Origin: an uncultured cyanobacterium | GTDB lineage: Bacteria; Cyanobacteriota; Cyanobacteriia; Cyanobacteriales; Microcystaceae | Assembly: GCA_963807635.1 (NCBI GenBank) | Contig: CAWEDJ010000106.1 | Coordinates: forward strand, 1 to 49,479 | Length of the DNA: 49,479 nt | Reading direction: 5' to 3' | Shown here: piece by piece, positions 17,634-29,875 of the stretch | Numbering within the stretch: position 1 is the first letter of the stretch | Layout: every line of letters begins with the position of its first letter | The notes under the pieces: model-generated | Told to the model about the DNA's origin: nothing | The model's database searches: none | Seen by the model: only the letters and a program-made list of their open reading frames with translations | Program-made: the position numbers and the translations under genes

Positions 17634-20600
17634 TCATTTTTCCGTTATTTCCAGTTGGCTAGAAGCAGAACGTCCAAATTCCTCTGGGGCGTACTGGAGA
17701 TGAACCTCTGCCCCTGGCCAATCAAATAAGCCAGGCGTAACCGATCGCACTAAATAATGGAGGGTATAAACTCCCGCTTCTAAATGATCCCCATAGGCTG
17801 ATACGCGATCGCGATGAATTTGTTGATAATTAATTTCCCAACTATCGGGTTGAGATTGAAAATAGGTCGGAGCCGTTTGAAAACTGGTATCAATGGCTTC
17901 CAATCCTGCGGGTAAGGGATCATTAATCACTAAATGATCAATGGGATGATCGGTGATAATTTCTAACTCCAGATCGAATACCTGACCTGGAGAAATGGAG
18001 AAAGGTTTATTATCAGCAACTAATCCTTGTTCAGCGAATATTTTAGTTGCATTAGCAGAATGAACATAGCGCGTAACACGTAGCCCGTTTAATTGTCCAG
18101 GTTGATTACCTGGTAAACGATAACGATAGGCCGCTAGATAGTGGAGAATTCCCTGACCTGATTTTTTTAGAGTTAACTGATGATTTCCTTTAGGTAATTT
18201 GGGAGTCGAAAGAACAAGATTATCAGTAACTTTTTCTGTTCCCTTAAGTTGAGATTTTAGTAATAACTGACGGTCTAATTCTACCGAAACTTGAAAATTA
18301 CTCGGCTTGTCTTTCAACTGACTATAATTCACTAAAGCCATTAACGCTTGAGCATTATCATAACTATTTTGCCAGAGGCCATCCCGTCGGAGGGAAAGCA
18401 AACCTTTTAGGAGACGATCAATTTCTTCTAAGGGCTGTTTTTGGGCAATAAATAATTGCAGAGCCTGAGATTGGTTCGTGGTCGCAGAATTAAACCAACG
18501 CCAACCCTGGGGAAGATTGGTATTAATGACTGCACTACGACCCGTTTCATAGATAGATTGTTGAATTTTTTTTGTTAATTGTTGGGCTTCTGTTTGCCAA
18601 TTCGGAAATTGACTGAGATAACGGGCTAATTGAATTTGGTTGGTTAAATCGAAGGAATCTTTTTGTTCGTAGAGACTGGATAGAAAATCTTCTCGCGTTT
18701 CGCCTAGTTGGGACAATGCCGTTAATGCCTGTAAACGAACTTGATTTTTACAAAGAGTCGTATCGCAAAGGCCAGAGATGGTAGGGTTGGTGATGATTTT
18801 GGCTAAATATTTTTTCAGATTATTCAGCATTAGGGGATTGACTTCAAAGCCTGCCGTTTTCACTTGAGCTAGACTCATTGCGGCATAGGGCGTGATAAAT
18901 AAATCAGATTTTTTAGCATCGGGATAACTGGCAAACCCACCATCTTCTTGTTGTAATTTAGCTAAATCTAGCAAGGATTTCTCAATTACTTTTTCTAAAT
19001 CGAATTGAGTTTGAATCTGGGGATATTTTTGGGATAATATTTCTAAATTTGCGGCGATGATCAACTGACTGGCTATCGGTTCTAAAAAAGGCAATTCCTC
19101 ATTATTAAAGACTTTTTTAGCAGGAACAATTATCTCAGGGATTAAGCTACTGGCTAAATTAATTTCTAAACCACCAACATCAGCGATCGCGTTTTGATTA
19201 ATATCGAGGGGAATGGTAACTGTGTTAGCGGTAGTTCCTGTTGTAATAACTTGTTCCGTTATGGCTAAATCTTCAACCTGTAGGGGAACTTCAAAGCTAT
19301 CTGTTTCTTGATTTAACTGGCTAGAAAACTGTATCGTTCCCGTTCCCATCTGTTTCGCAATTATAGGAAAACGATAGCCTTGGGTTCCCGAATTGGCAGG
19401 GATTTCCAAGGTCGATTGGTCGGCAAACTTTAAGTTTTGATTTAACGAACTCGTAATCTTTAATGTCCCCGTTTCTCCCTGGGTATTCGTGACCGACAAA
19501 CCCCCCAAAAAGCGATCGCCGAGTCGGGCAAATTGGGGTAAAAGGGGATTCGTCACCAGAGGTTTAGTGGTCACAAACGTGCTTTCACCATTCCCAAAAT
19601 GCCAGTTTCCATCGGTCGCCACAGCCATCACCCGCCAACTCGTCAGATCATCGGGCAGAGTAAAATTAACGCTGGCTTGACCCTGGGCATCGGTGAGGAC
19701 GGAGCCATTGTAATAGGCGATCGCCTGAAAATCCCGACGAATCTGGGTACTGCCAATCCCCGTAGAAGTTCCGCCACCATAGCCCCAGCCCTTTTCCAAG
19801 GGAGAAGCCATCGGCGTTAAAATCACCTGGGGACGATTATCCGCAAGACGGGTAGAAATATCCTGATCCGCATAGACGGTTTTGACTAAATCTGGGGGAC
19901 GATAACCCGTTAACTGCAATACAGCATCATTAACAACCATGACGCTCACCTGCCCCTGTACGGGCTGCCCTTGCAAATTCGTTAAATTGAGGTTTAGATT
20001 TTGAGTATTTTTAGGTTGTAACTCGTTTTTTTGTGGTGTAATTTTAACCTTTAAGTATTGATCTTCTAGATTCAAATTAAAGGGAGAAAAACCAATTTTA
20101 ACTAACTTATCTACCGACCCTATTTCTGTTTCATTAAGAGGTTTGCCCTGTCTCACTAATACGGCTTCCACTGCGGCATTCGGTAACATTTCTGGTGTGA
20201 TTTGAAACTGGATTTTTGGGGCATTTCCTTTTACTTTCTGTAATGTATTATAAATCGGATGATGGCGCACGACGGCAAAATATAATTCCGCTTCGGGATA
20301 GGGCGATTGAATCAACGCTGTTGCGGTCTCCCCCACTTTATAATTCTTTTTATCTAACTCAATACTTAAACGATTATTTCCATAGCGATCACCCCAACTG
20401 ACGGCATTATCTCCTGTCACCCAAACTTGTAAATCGGTTGCCGTTAAATCATTTTTAGCATTAACAAAATTCGCTTGAATGCGGTAAGAACCACTATCGG
20501 GAGGTGTTAAATTAATCGTCTGAGATTCGGTACTAGAGTTGATTTCTTGTTCGGCAACTTTTTGGTATTGAATTTGATGACGAGCCGTTGCACTTCCTTC

Positions 20601-23364
20601 CTCTAATTGAGTCACACTACTATAATCAATTTTTTGTAATTCTACTCGAATTTTTTCGCCAGCAATAACTTTTCCATCGGGATCAGTCACAACGATTTTA
20701 ATCGGAAATTCTTGCCCAGCATTGGCCACAAAATCACTTTTTAACCCAATTAAACGATTGTCAGGAAAAGCGGTAAAGATTTGGGTATTAGCAACCGAAA
20801 GATTAGAGACATCTTTGACCTGGGCTTCCACTCGATATTGCATGGGGTAGGGTAAATCCTGAGCAACGGCGATCGATTGACTATTGTTACCCGTCGTATC
20901 TAAAACCGCGCTGCCCTGTAACACTTCATTGGGAACCTGGACGAGCTTCTTCTGGCCAAAACCACTGGCGACCAAAGGAAAATTCTTCCCAATTTTTGGG
21001 GATAAAATCAACCTTTTGACGAGTCACAAAATAATCCACTTTACCTGCTTGGACGGGCGCGCCAAAGAGATATTTACTGTCCGTTTTAGCGGTTATCTTT
21101 TCACCCATCAGAGCAATTTTTTTATCCAAACTTAAATCCACTTTAAAATTAGGGGGCTTAAATTCAGCGACTCGGAATTCGCCTTCAATTTCTGCGCCTG
21201 TTTCTGCTTTCGCACGGAGAGAATAATAGCCTAATGGTTGATTTTTTTCTAAGGGAATAGAGAAGGAAAACGTGCCAAAATCATTGCTGATCTCTGTCCC
21301 TAGATCCTTTGTTTTGCCATTGGGATCAATTAACTTAATTTGATAGGGCGTTGTTTTATCCTGGGTTAACACACCATTTTTTAAATAATAAGCGGTTCCT
21401 GTAAACCAAGCTTTTTCTCCTGGTTGATAGAGTTGGCGATCGGAAAAAATTACGCCCCTAGATTGGGTTTTATTGTCATTCCAATTAGCATCAATGCCAT
21501 ACTCATAGGCTCCACTATATTCATCCGTGCGTGTGAAGGCCCAATCCTCATTTTCTCGGACAATAACCAATAATTGAGGAGCCGTTTTTTTAATTAAACA
21601 ATTTTGCCAAACTTGCCCTTCTATTTTCGCAGTTCCCGTTTGATCTGTTTGCGTTACAGCACAGGCTTGAGTTGCATTTTTCGTTTTAGCTTCTAATAGA
21701 GAAGGGTAAATTTCAACGCGGGCATTGGGAACCACAGAACCATCATTGAGATGATTGACTCTTACCAATCCCGATTCAGGAAACCATTGGGCGAATACCC
21801 CTAAATTGGTTAATTGAACTAATCCATAAAATTCTGATTCTCGCCAAGCTTTTTTATTATTATCCGTATATTGATTGGTTTTAGCTTTAATGCCGTAGGC
21901 AATCATTCCTGTTGTTTTGCCTAATTTTTCCTTGAGGGGAATAATATTATCAATGGTTTTATTCTTAGTCTCTTTGGCAGTAAAAGTTTGCCAATTTTTC
22001 GCACTCGGTAATAGGTCTTTGTTATTATTCTGAGGAAAGGCTGAATCGGTGAAGATTAAATCCGTTGGCTCGACCACTTTATAAGCGGCTTGATACTGAG
22101 AATTGGGTAAATTAACGGTGGAAATGTTGAGTCTTAGATTGAGATCCTTGGGAAAAATATTTAAGCCCGTTGGAGCCCAAATATCGGGAGAAATATCACC
22201 TGTTTGGTAATTGAGGGTAATCGGTTTTTCGAGGGTCTGTCCAAATTGATCTTTTAATTTTTCGTCGATCGCGATCGCGTAGTTTGTATTAGGTTCTAAT
22301 GCCCAGGGATTGAGGCTGATATAATTATCTCCGTCATAGACTCTGACCACTTTGATCCCTTTTTTGGGGGGCGGATCAATCTTAATAGAGTCTAACGCGG
22401 AACTGGCGACTAAGCCATTATTAAATTTGAATTGGGGACTCCCTTGCACAAAACGACCGTAGGCTCCCCCCGCATCAGGCATTCCATAGGGTTCGATTTT
22501 TTCATAGGCTAACGGTGAATAGGTAAAGACTTCCGTTGAATAGGCGATCGCTGAGGGTAGATTGCCATTAATGGAGCGTAAATCTTTACTAATTTTTAAT
22601 TGATAATTCGTCGCTTTTTTTAAGGAATATTTAGGTTGAATGGTATAGGTTTTAGATTGTAAAGAAGGGTCAAATTTTTCGTCAGGAGTATCAGGATTAA
22701 GGGTATTTTTTTCGGTTTTTAAGTTGATATCTAGAGGAATACTTTGGGTTTGATCCTGGGGAATCAGTTTTAAATTTTCTCGCAAAGAATCCAGATCCAA
22801 TTCTACGTTAGATTTAAATTCAAGGGTCGGATTAATATCAATGGGTTCGGGTTGACTATCAGGTTCTTTTTGACTACGGGGTAATTTGCTTAATTGAATG
22901 GTTTCTGTACTAAATGTCCAGGCTAAATCTTCTTTGAGTTGGTGGCTTTTTAAATCTGCTAATCCTGCCTTGAGGGTGACTTGTAAACGAGTGGCTTTAG
23001 GAATGGCTTGATCTGCTTGGAATCCGACCATTTTAGGGGTTAGAAATCGAAATTTACCAGGTAAAGCGGGGTAAACTTCAAATTTCTCTAAAAGTTGCTG
23101 TTGTTGGGGACTCGCGATCGCCTCTAGGGGAATCAGGGGTTCTTTAAAACGAATCCGAATTTGGGCTAGGGGTTGACTTTCTCCCAAAGGACTAATTTGC
23201 TCTATCCAGTCGGGCAATTCAGGTGCAGGCAAGGATTCAACGAAAGCAGGGCCGTTCGGAGCAAAGGGCAAATGTAAGAAACGACAAGCACTCAGGCTCA
23301 CCACAAAACACACTAATAAAAATACTAATTTGCCCCAGCGTCTCATTTTTCTATCAGTTGTCAT
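17634..23364 (-). CDS. Bacterial alpha-2-macroglobulin family lipoprotein, apparent frameshift near 20945
   Basis: Lipobox LSAC, FSDRQLYQPGE, FRVAEFKPPNFKV, LPDDLTSWRVMAVA, QQEDGGF, DPLPAGLE, YAPEEFGRS; overlapping ORFs 20926..23490 and 17634..21011. Confidence 0.9.
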
Positions 23365-23610
23365 GGCCGAATCCCCAATGCTCCGCTTCCTTCTTAACTC
23401 AGGACTAGAGAGGAGATGACGCTCTTGTACAATTCTTAATTTTTTTCTCCTTACGTCTTCTCCCGACAATTTTAGGCACACCAACCCCATCTTTTTGGAA
23501 ATTTAAGCGGCGATCGCGAGAGATATTCCAGAAAAAGAGTTTTTTTAAACAGATAAAAATACAGATAAAAATCAGGTTTATCAGTTTGTTTTAACCCAAT
23601 TTGCGATACC

Positions 23611-24345
23611 TTACAAAGAAGCTTTCTTCGGACGAGGAATCTCAAAAATATAACCCTTCCCCCGAATGGTTTGAATATAATTTCCTTCAGGTTCTCCAAT
23701 TTTTCGGCGAATTTGACCAATATGAACATCGACTTTGCGTTCAGCTTTAACATCATCGACCGTTCCCCACACCGCCGAAATGAGTTCCATTCGCCCCCAT
23801 ATTTTACCAGGATGGGTCACCAAAAAATATAATAATTCAAACTCTAATTGGGTTAGGGGGACTGATTCATTCTCGATTATCACTTCATTGCGTTCTACAT
23901 TAAACTCTAAACGACCAAAATTGATAGGAGTTTCAGGAATGGAAGGGGGAATTTCCATCGCAGATTGTCGCTTAATTAAGGCTCCAATTTTTGCTTTTAA
24001 AACTTCAAGATTGAAGGGCTTCGTTAAGTAATCATCCGCTCCTTGTTCAAATCCTTCTAAAACGTAATTGGTATCGGATAAAGAGGTGAGCATCAAAATA
24101 ATGGTTTGAGGATTCCGCATTTCTTTACAGAGATTAAATCCACTATCGTCGGGTAAATTAACGTCTAAAATGACGAGGTCGGGATGAAATTGTTTAAAGA
24201 GATGTCTTGCTGTTTTAGCATCTTCTGCCGTCTCAACTTGGTAGTCATTAAAGCTCAGAAAACGGAACACCAGATTACGAATCGCGGGGTCATCGTCCAC
24301 GACTAAAATTTTATTTTGAAGATTCTGAGGGGAATTAAGTGTCAT
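23611..24345 (-). CDS. OmpR/PhoB family response regulator (no kinase adjacent)
   Basis: ILVVDDD, LVILDVNLP, GADDYLTKPF, RKVDVHIGQIRRKI, IQTIRGKGY. Confidence 0.93.
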   Translation of the reverse strand: MTLNSPQNLQNKILVVDDDPAIRNLVFRFLSFNDYQVETAEDAKTARHLFKQFHPDLVILDVNLPDDSGFNLCKEMRNPQTIILMLTSLSDTNYVLEGFEQGADDYLTKPFNLEVLKAKIGALIKRQSAMEIPPSIPETPINFGRLEFNVERNEVIIENESVPLTQLEFELLYFLVTHPGKIWGRMELISAVWGTVDDVKAERKVDVHIGQIRRKIGEPEGNYIQTIRGKGYIFEIPRPKKASL

Positions 24346-24428
24346 GGTTATAGGTTAAAAGTAAATCGAAAAACCTATCGTGAAATAATGATAGTCGATT
24401 TAGGATTTTTAGAAAACAATTGATTGAG

Positions 24429-25883
24429 ATGAATCAACAACAAGCTAGTCCAATTACTGAGATTTTACGAAAACTAATTATTCAACCAGATGTACCTTTC
24501 TATGCACCTGGACATAAGCGTGGTCAAGGAGTCTCTAAGATATTATCAGATTTATTAGGGAAAAGAACATTCCAAACAGATTTACCCGAACTTCCTGAAT
24601 TGGATAATTTATTCGCGCCCTCTGGGGTCATTCAAGTTGCCCAGGCGTTGGCGGCGGAGCTTTGGGGGGCTTCTCAGACTTGGTTTTTGGTAAATGGGAC
24701 AAGCTGTGGGGTGATTGCCGCAATTTTGGCGACCTGTGGGGCGGGCGATAAAATTATTCTGCCGCGCAATAGTCATCAGTCAGCGATCGCAGGTTTGATT
24801 TTGTCAGGAGCAATGCCGATTTTTATCGAACCCATCTATGATGCCCAATGGGATTTGGCCTACGGGATAACCCCAGAAACATTAGAACAAACATTGCAAG
24901 CCCATCCTGATACTAAAGCAGTGATGTTACTCTATCCCACCTATCACGGGGTTGGGGTCGATATCCAGGCTATTCGCCGAAGTTAGCCATCGTTATGATA
25001 TTCCCCTCATCGTCGATGAAGCTCACGGAGCGCACTTTCATTTTCATCCCGATTTGCCCCCCTCGGCTATGGAAGCAGGGGCAGATATTACGCTCCAATC
25101 CACCCATAAAACCCTGGAGCCTTGAGCCAGGCATCCATGTTACACCTGCAAGGGTCACGGGTGAATCCCCAACGCATTACGAAAGCCCTTTCCCTGGTTC
25201 AATCCACGAGTCCCAGTTATTTATTATTAGCTTCTCTAGATGGCGCGAGACACCAGATGGCCCTAGAGGGCAACGCATTATTGACCCAGACCCTCGATTT
25301 AGCCCAAATTGCCCGACAGAAACTAGCACAAATTCCTGGTCTAACGGTTTTAAATTTTGCTGAACCTAAACCAGGCTTTCATTGGTTTGATCCCACTCGC
25401 TTAACCGTTGATGTGAGCCAATGGGGATTAACGGGCTTTGAGGTTGATGAAATATTACGGGATGAATGGGGGGTCACTGCGGAACTGCCGACGTTACGAC
25501 AACTGAGTTTTATTATCAGTTTGGGCAATTCCCCTGAAGATATTGAAGCTTTAGCTCAAGCTTTTAGGGTGTTATCTGATCGTTACCCGATTTTAGAAAC
25601 GAATATCCTCAAAATTCCTCCCATTCCTCTTTCCCGTTTTGCTCTGTCTCCCAGGGATGCTTTTTTTGCGATGACAGAAACCGTGAAGATTGAAAACGCG
25701 ATCGCCCGTATTAGTGCTGAACTAATTTGTCCCTATCCACCTGGGATTCCTCTGTTGATTCCAGGAGAAATTATTACGGAAGAAGCCCTGAATTATCTGC
25801 AAAAAGTTCAGCAGTTAGGGGGAATGATTAGTGGTTGTAGTGATTCGAGTTTGAAAACTTTTCAGGTTATTGCTAATAAATAA
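24429..25883 (+). CDS. Orn/Lys/Arg decarboxylase (PLP fold I), apparent frameshifts ~24975 and ~25120
   Basis: APGHKRG, FLVNGTSCG, ILPRNSHQS; middle frame IVDEAHGAH...QSTHK; QSTSPSY, CPYPPGIPLLIPGE. Confidence 0.88.
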
Positions 25884-26035
25884 ATTAAGCAAATATTCTC
25901 TAGGGATAATAGAGACTTTATTTTAAGAAAAAAGTCAACCTTAAAAAAACCTCTGGTCATTAGTGAGAAAAATACTGTATTGTGACTATTTAAGATTATG
26001 ATAAAAATCATCCGTAATTATGTCAGTTTAAAGTA

Positions 26036-27181
26036 ATGACCGCAACTCTTCATTTCACTGGATTTATACGAGGAGTCAAATATAAAGCTTGTTTGAGCAA
26101 AGATTTCTCTACATCTAAAGTTACCTTGGATGAATTTAATGTTAATCATTCCAAAGCGTATGGAATTATACAATTAGAAAACACGGAAATTGCTTATTCA
26201 ACCTGGGTTTCTCCCAAGCGAACTAGGAGTTATCCCTTTGCAAGAATTTATAATACATACAATGCCTCGAAAATATTGACCATAATACCAATTATTAAAG
26301 ATGAGGGAAAAGATGGGGATTTAGATAAACTTCAATATTCGACAATTTCATGGATGAATTTATTAAACATATATATTGTACTTGGATATTATGAAAGTGC
26401 AGAAAAAAGTCATAAAAAAGGTCAATCTCATAGAGATAAACTAACTCAACAAAAATTCAATAATGAGTTTATTAAATTTCAAATTCAGGAAATAGTAGAA
26501 TACAAACAAAGTGCTCTACATTGGAATAAAAATTTATTTGAGGAGCGTTTTGTTGAAATATTTCATCAATCTCTTGATTCCTATACAAAAATATCAAAAG
26601 AAACGGGTGTACTAATACATTCTCATACATCGATGGAACAATACTTAAAAAAAGTGAATGAAAATTTTGAAGAATTCAAAAATATCTCCCTAAAAGGATC
26701 TCAAGAAGCAAGTAATCGAGAGGCATTAACATCCCATAATCTTGAGCATCTAGTTGATGGAATGAAGGCAACTTTTTGTATTAAAAATTATTTAGGAGGA
26801 ACTTATTATTTAACCCCAGATGAAATAATTAAGGTTAAAATAGATAATTATATAATCCAAGAGTCTAAAAACTCTACAAAATCAGCTTTGCCAAGTATTG
26901 ATGATATTCAAGATGGTCTTTTCAAATTAATTCTTTTTTCAAATATAGATTCTTTAGAATTAAACAATGAAAAAATAAATTTTTCTGTACGGCTAAAATT
27001 AACGGGCAAAAATATTCAAAGCAGTCTCATCTTACCTGCTTCTTCAGAAGAAATAAATAATTTTATTCGGACTAATGCGACAGTATTTAGTAAGACCCAA
27101 AATGATATTATTAGAAAATTAGCTCAAGAAGCTCAACATAATCAAAAAATACAGATTGAAATTGTAGCAAATAATCAATAA
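26036..27181 (+). CDS. Putative type II restriction endonuclease (PD-(D/E)xK-like)
   Basis: AT-rich 381-aa ORF coupled to a DNA methylase (TAATG overlap at 27179-27183); LTPDEII...IQESK resembles PD-xn-ExK. Confidence 0.6.
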   Translation: MTATLHFTGFIRGVKYKACLSKDFSTSKVTLDEFNVNHSKAYGIIQLENTEIAYSTWVSPKRTRSYPFARIYNTYNASKILTIIPIIKDEGKDGDLDKLQYSTISWMNLLNIYIVLGYYESAEKSHKKGQSHRDKLTQQKFNNEFIKFQIQEIVEYKQSALHWNKNLFEERFVEIFHQSLDSYTKISKETGVLIHSHTSMEQYLKKVNENFEEFKNISLKGSQEASNREALTSHNLEHLVDGMKATFCIKNYLGGTYYLTPDEIIKVKIDNYIIQESKNSTKSALPSIDDIQDGLFKLILFSNIDSLELNNEKINFSVRLKLTGKNIQSSLILPASSEEINNFIRTNATVFSKTQNDIIRKLAQEAQHNQKIQIEIVANNQ

Positions 27182-27993
27182 TGATCCCTAAAATCAAAAG
27201 TCCCCTTCGCTATCCAGGAGGAAAACAAAAAGCTCTTCGTCAAATAATCCCTCACATTCCTGAAAGTATTGGTGAATACCGAGAACCTTTTATTGGTGGT
27301 GGCTCAGTTTTTTTAGCGATTAAACAACTATTTGACGAGCAAATAAAAAAATATTGGATTAATGACTTAAATTTTGACTTATATTGCTTTTGGGAATCTG
27401 CACAAAATGAAATTCAATCAATGGTTGAAAAAGTCTATGAAATCAAACAAAAAAATACTGATGGCAGAGAACTTTACAATTATCTAACTGCTGACGATTC
27501 AAACTTAAATGATTTTGATCGAGCAGTCCGTTTCTTTGTTTTAAATCGAATCACATTTTCTGGGACAGTGGATTCTGGTGGTTATTCTCAACAAGCTTAT
27601 GAAAAAAGATTTACTAACTCATCTATTGAGAGATTATTAAAACTTTCTGGCTGTTTACCTTCTATCCATATTACAAATGATGACTATGAAACTCTTTTGT
27701 TTAAAGAAGGAGAAAATGTTTTTATTTTTCTTGATCCTCCTTACTTAATTGCTAAGAAATCAAGACTTTATGGGAGAAAGGGAATTTTGCATACTTCTTT
27801 TGATTATGAACGTTTTGCCAAAAACATGAAAAATTGTCCACATAAATGGCTAATTACTTTCGATGATTCGCCTGAAATTCGCGAATTATTTCATTTTGCT
27901 GACATCAACGAATGGACACTGCAATATGGGATGAATAACTATAAGCAACAATCTGCAAAAAAAGGTCAAGAATTATTTATTAAAAACTATTAA
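27181..27993 (+). CDS. N6-adenine DNA methyltransferase, alpha class (Dam/D12 family)
   Basis: SPLRYPGGK, EPFIGGGSV (motif I), INDL, FLDPPY (motif IV), ELFIKNY. Confidence 0.92.
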   Translation: MIPKIKSPLRYPGGKQKALRQIIPHIPESIGEYREPFIGGGSVFLAIKQLFDEQIKKYWINDLNFDLYCFWESAQNEIQSMVEKVYEIKQKNTDGRELYNYLTADDSNLNDFDRAVRFFVLNRITFSGTVDSGGYSQQAYEKRFTNSSIERLLKLSGCLPSIHITNDDYETLLFKEGENVFIFLDPPYLIAKKSRLYGRKGILHTSFDYERFAKNMKNCPHKWLITFDDSPEIRELFHFADINEWTLQYGMNNYKQQSAKKGQELFIKNY

Positions 27994-28011
27994 TCAAACT
28001 CAGAGACTTTT

Positions 28012-28921
28012 TCAACTCGGAAAACGAAGCTTTAAAGAGCCTTTGTCCCCATCTAATTCCGCCCAACAACCCACAGGTAAGGCCGCATTTTCCCCATCAT
28101 GCCCAAAACATAATCCCGAAACCACAGGCAAACCCAAATCTCCCAGGCGATTGCGGAGAACTTCTTCTATTGTCCAGCTATTACTGCCGACGGGAGCCTC
28201 ACATCGACTGAAACGACCCAGGGCAATTCCTTTAACTTGCTTAAACGCACCGCATAGTCGCCAATGGGTCAACATCCGATCAATGCGATAGGGGGCTTCT
28301 GTGACATCTTCTGAGGGCCAAAATCGCGCTGTTTAAATCGGGTTGCAAAGGCGTTTCCAACAAATGGGTCGCCACCGTTAAATTGGCGGGGAATAATTTT
28401 CCTGATACCGCCCCTCCGCCCCAACCTTGCCCCATCAAAGGGTTGAGAGCGCGACCTTCTAGGGCATCAAAAAGCCTCTGCTGTGACCAGGCGGGTTTTT
28501 CGGCCAAGGTTGTTAAAACGGGGCCATGAATGCCAGAAATCCCTACGGTGGCCAAACTCCAGAGCAATCCCGTAATATCAGAAAAACCGATCAACCATTT
28601 GGGGGTCACCGATTCTAGGGGCCACTGCCATTGCTCCAATAATCTCGCGCTACCATAGCCGCCCCTGGTGCAAAGAATCGCCTTACAATCAGGATTTTTC
28701 CAAGCTTCTAAAAGGGCATGGCGGCGTTGTTCATCTGTTCCTGCTAAATAACCTTCTTTTTGATCCCAATGGAACCCTAATTCCACTCGATAACCCCGCG
28801 ATCGCCAAACGTCCATACCTCTTTCTATGGCATCAAATTCCCTCAATGCGCCACTGGTAGAAATGACGGTGACGAGATCGCCCTGTTGGAGAAAAGGGGG
28901 GAAAGCAATCGGTGCGGACAT
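28012..28921 (-). CDS. ldcA: LD-carboxypeptidase, S66 family, apparent frameshift near 28310
   Basis: YLAGTDEQR, RGGYGS, IGFSDIT, HGPV, FGHDGENAALPVG. Confidence 0.88.
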
Positions 28922-28926
28922 AGGCT

Positions 28927-29220
28927 TTATGCTCCGAGGCGTTGACAGATGAATTCGCCTAAATTTTGTTCGGTAAAGGGTTGACGAATTCCATTTTTGA
29001 GTATGGTAACTTGATTGCGACAGTTATAGAGAACTGAATCCTGTTTTTGTTGATCCCTACTCAGACTTACGCGATATTCCCAAGGATATTTGGCACTGCG
29101 CTTAATTTTTTCAATACAAATTACTTCCTCCTTGACCGTGCGACAAGTTGCCGCTTGAACAGGAAAGGCGATCGCCCAGAAGCAGAACAACAGGAGTAAA
29201 ATAGTGAAAAATTGTCTCAT
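28927..29220 (-). CDS. Small secreted hypothetical protein
   Basis: Signal peptide ending PVQA-A; ICIEKIKRSAKYPWEYR; several cysteines. Confidence 0.75.
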   Translation of the reverse strand: MRQFFTILLLLFCFWAIAFPVQAATCRTVKEEVICIEKIKRSAKYPWEYRVSLSRDQQKQDSVLYNCRNQVTILKNGIRQPFTEQNLGEFICQRLGA

Positions 29221-29272
29221 CTCAGCCTTATTTCCAAGCTCATCCTATTTTAAAATAAACCATAATTTTGCC

Positions 29273-29875
29273 ATGAAAACGGATAATTTTGAAAAAGAAA
29301 ATTTAGGCTGGCGGCTACAACAATTACAACAACGTTTGGGGGAGTGGTGGGAATTACAATTAAGTAAATTTTTCAAGCCCTCTAATCTGGATCTTCCCGA
29401 TTATCAACCGCCTGATTTTTGGGATACCTGGCTAAAAAATAGTCTAACTTTTATCTTTTTTGCCTTGATTTTTTGGATAATTTGGCGATCGCGTAAAACG
29501 TTGCTTCGTTATTTTAATCAACTCAAAAATCTTAACCCCCAAGTCGAACCTGAAACGCCGATTTATTCTGTCTCCTATTGGGTTAAGCGATCGCGATATT
29601 TTCAATCTTCAGGAGATTATTACCAAGCTTGTCGTTGTTTATATTTGGCGATGTTACAACAATTACACGAAAAAGGCTGGATTATCCATCAAGCCAGTCG
29701 AACCGATGAAGAATATCGACTGTTAATTTTAGATCTCGCCCAGCCCGATCCCTACGAAAGATTATTCATTATTCACCAGGAATTATGTTTCGGCAAACGG
29801 GTTGCTTCTGCCCAATTAGTTCTAGATTGTGAACGGGCTTTTCAAAAAATTCTACCGACGGATTCTCGTTTCTAA
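29273..29875 (+). CDS. DUF4129-like membrane protein
   Basis: One TM; GDYYQACRCLYLAMLQQL...SRTDEEY motif. Confidence 0.75.
   Translation: MKTDNFEKENLGWRLQQLQQRLGEWWELQLSKFFKPSNLDLPDYQPPDFWDTWLKNSLTFIFFALIFWIIWRSRKTLLRYFNQLKNLNPQVEPETPIYSVSYWVKRSRYFQSSGDYYQACRCLYLAMLQQLHEKGWIIHQASRTDEEYRLLILDLAQPDPYERLFIIHQELCFGKRVASAQLVLDCERAFQKILPTDSRF

Noticed and set aside
24350..24410. Imperfect inverted repeats between the divergent response regulator and decarboxylase genes
   Set aside because: Short, AT-rich and interrupted; not distinguishable from chance without conservation data
25706..28797. HIP1-free gap as stand-alone proof of horizontal transfer
   Set aside because: A similarly long gap occurs at about 31726-34783, partly over core genes, so it is only weak supporting evidence
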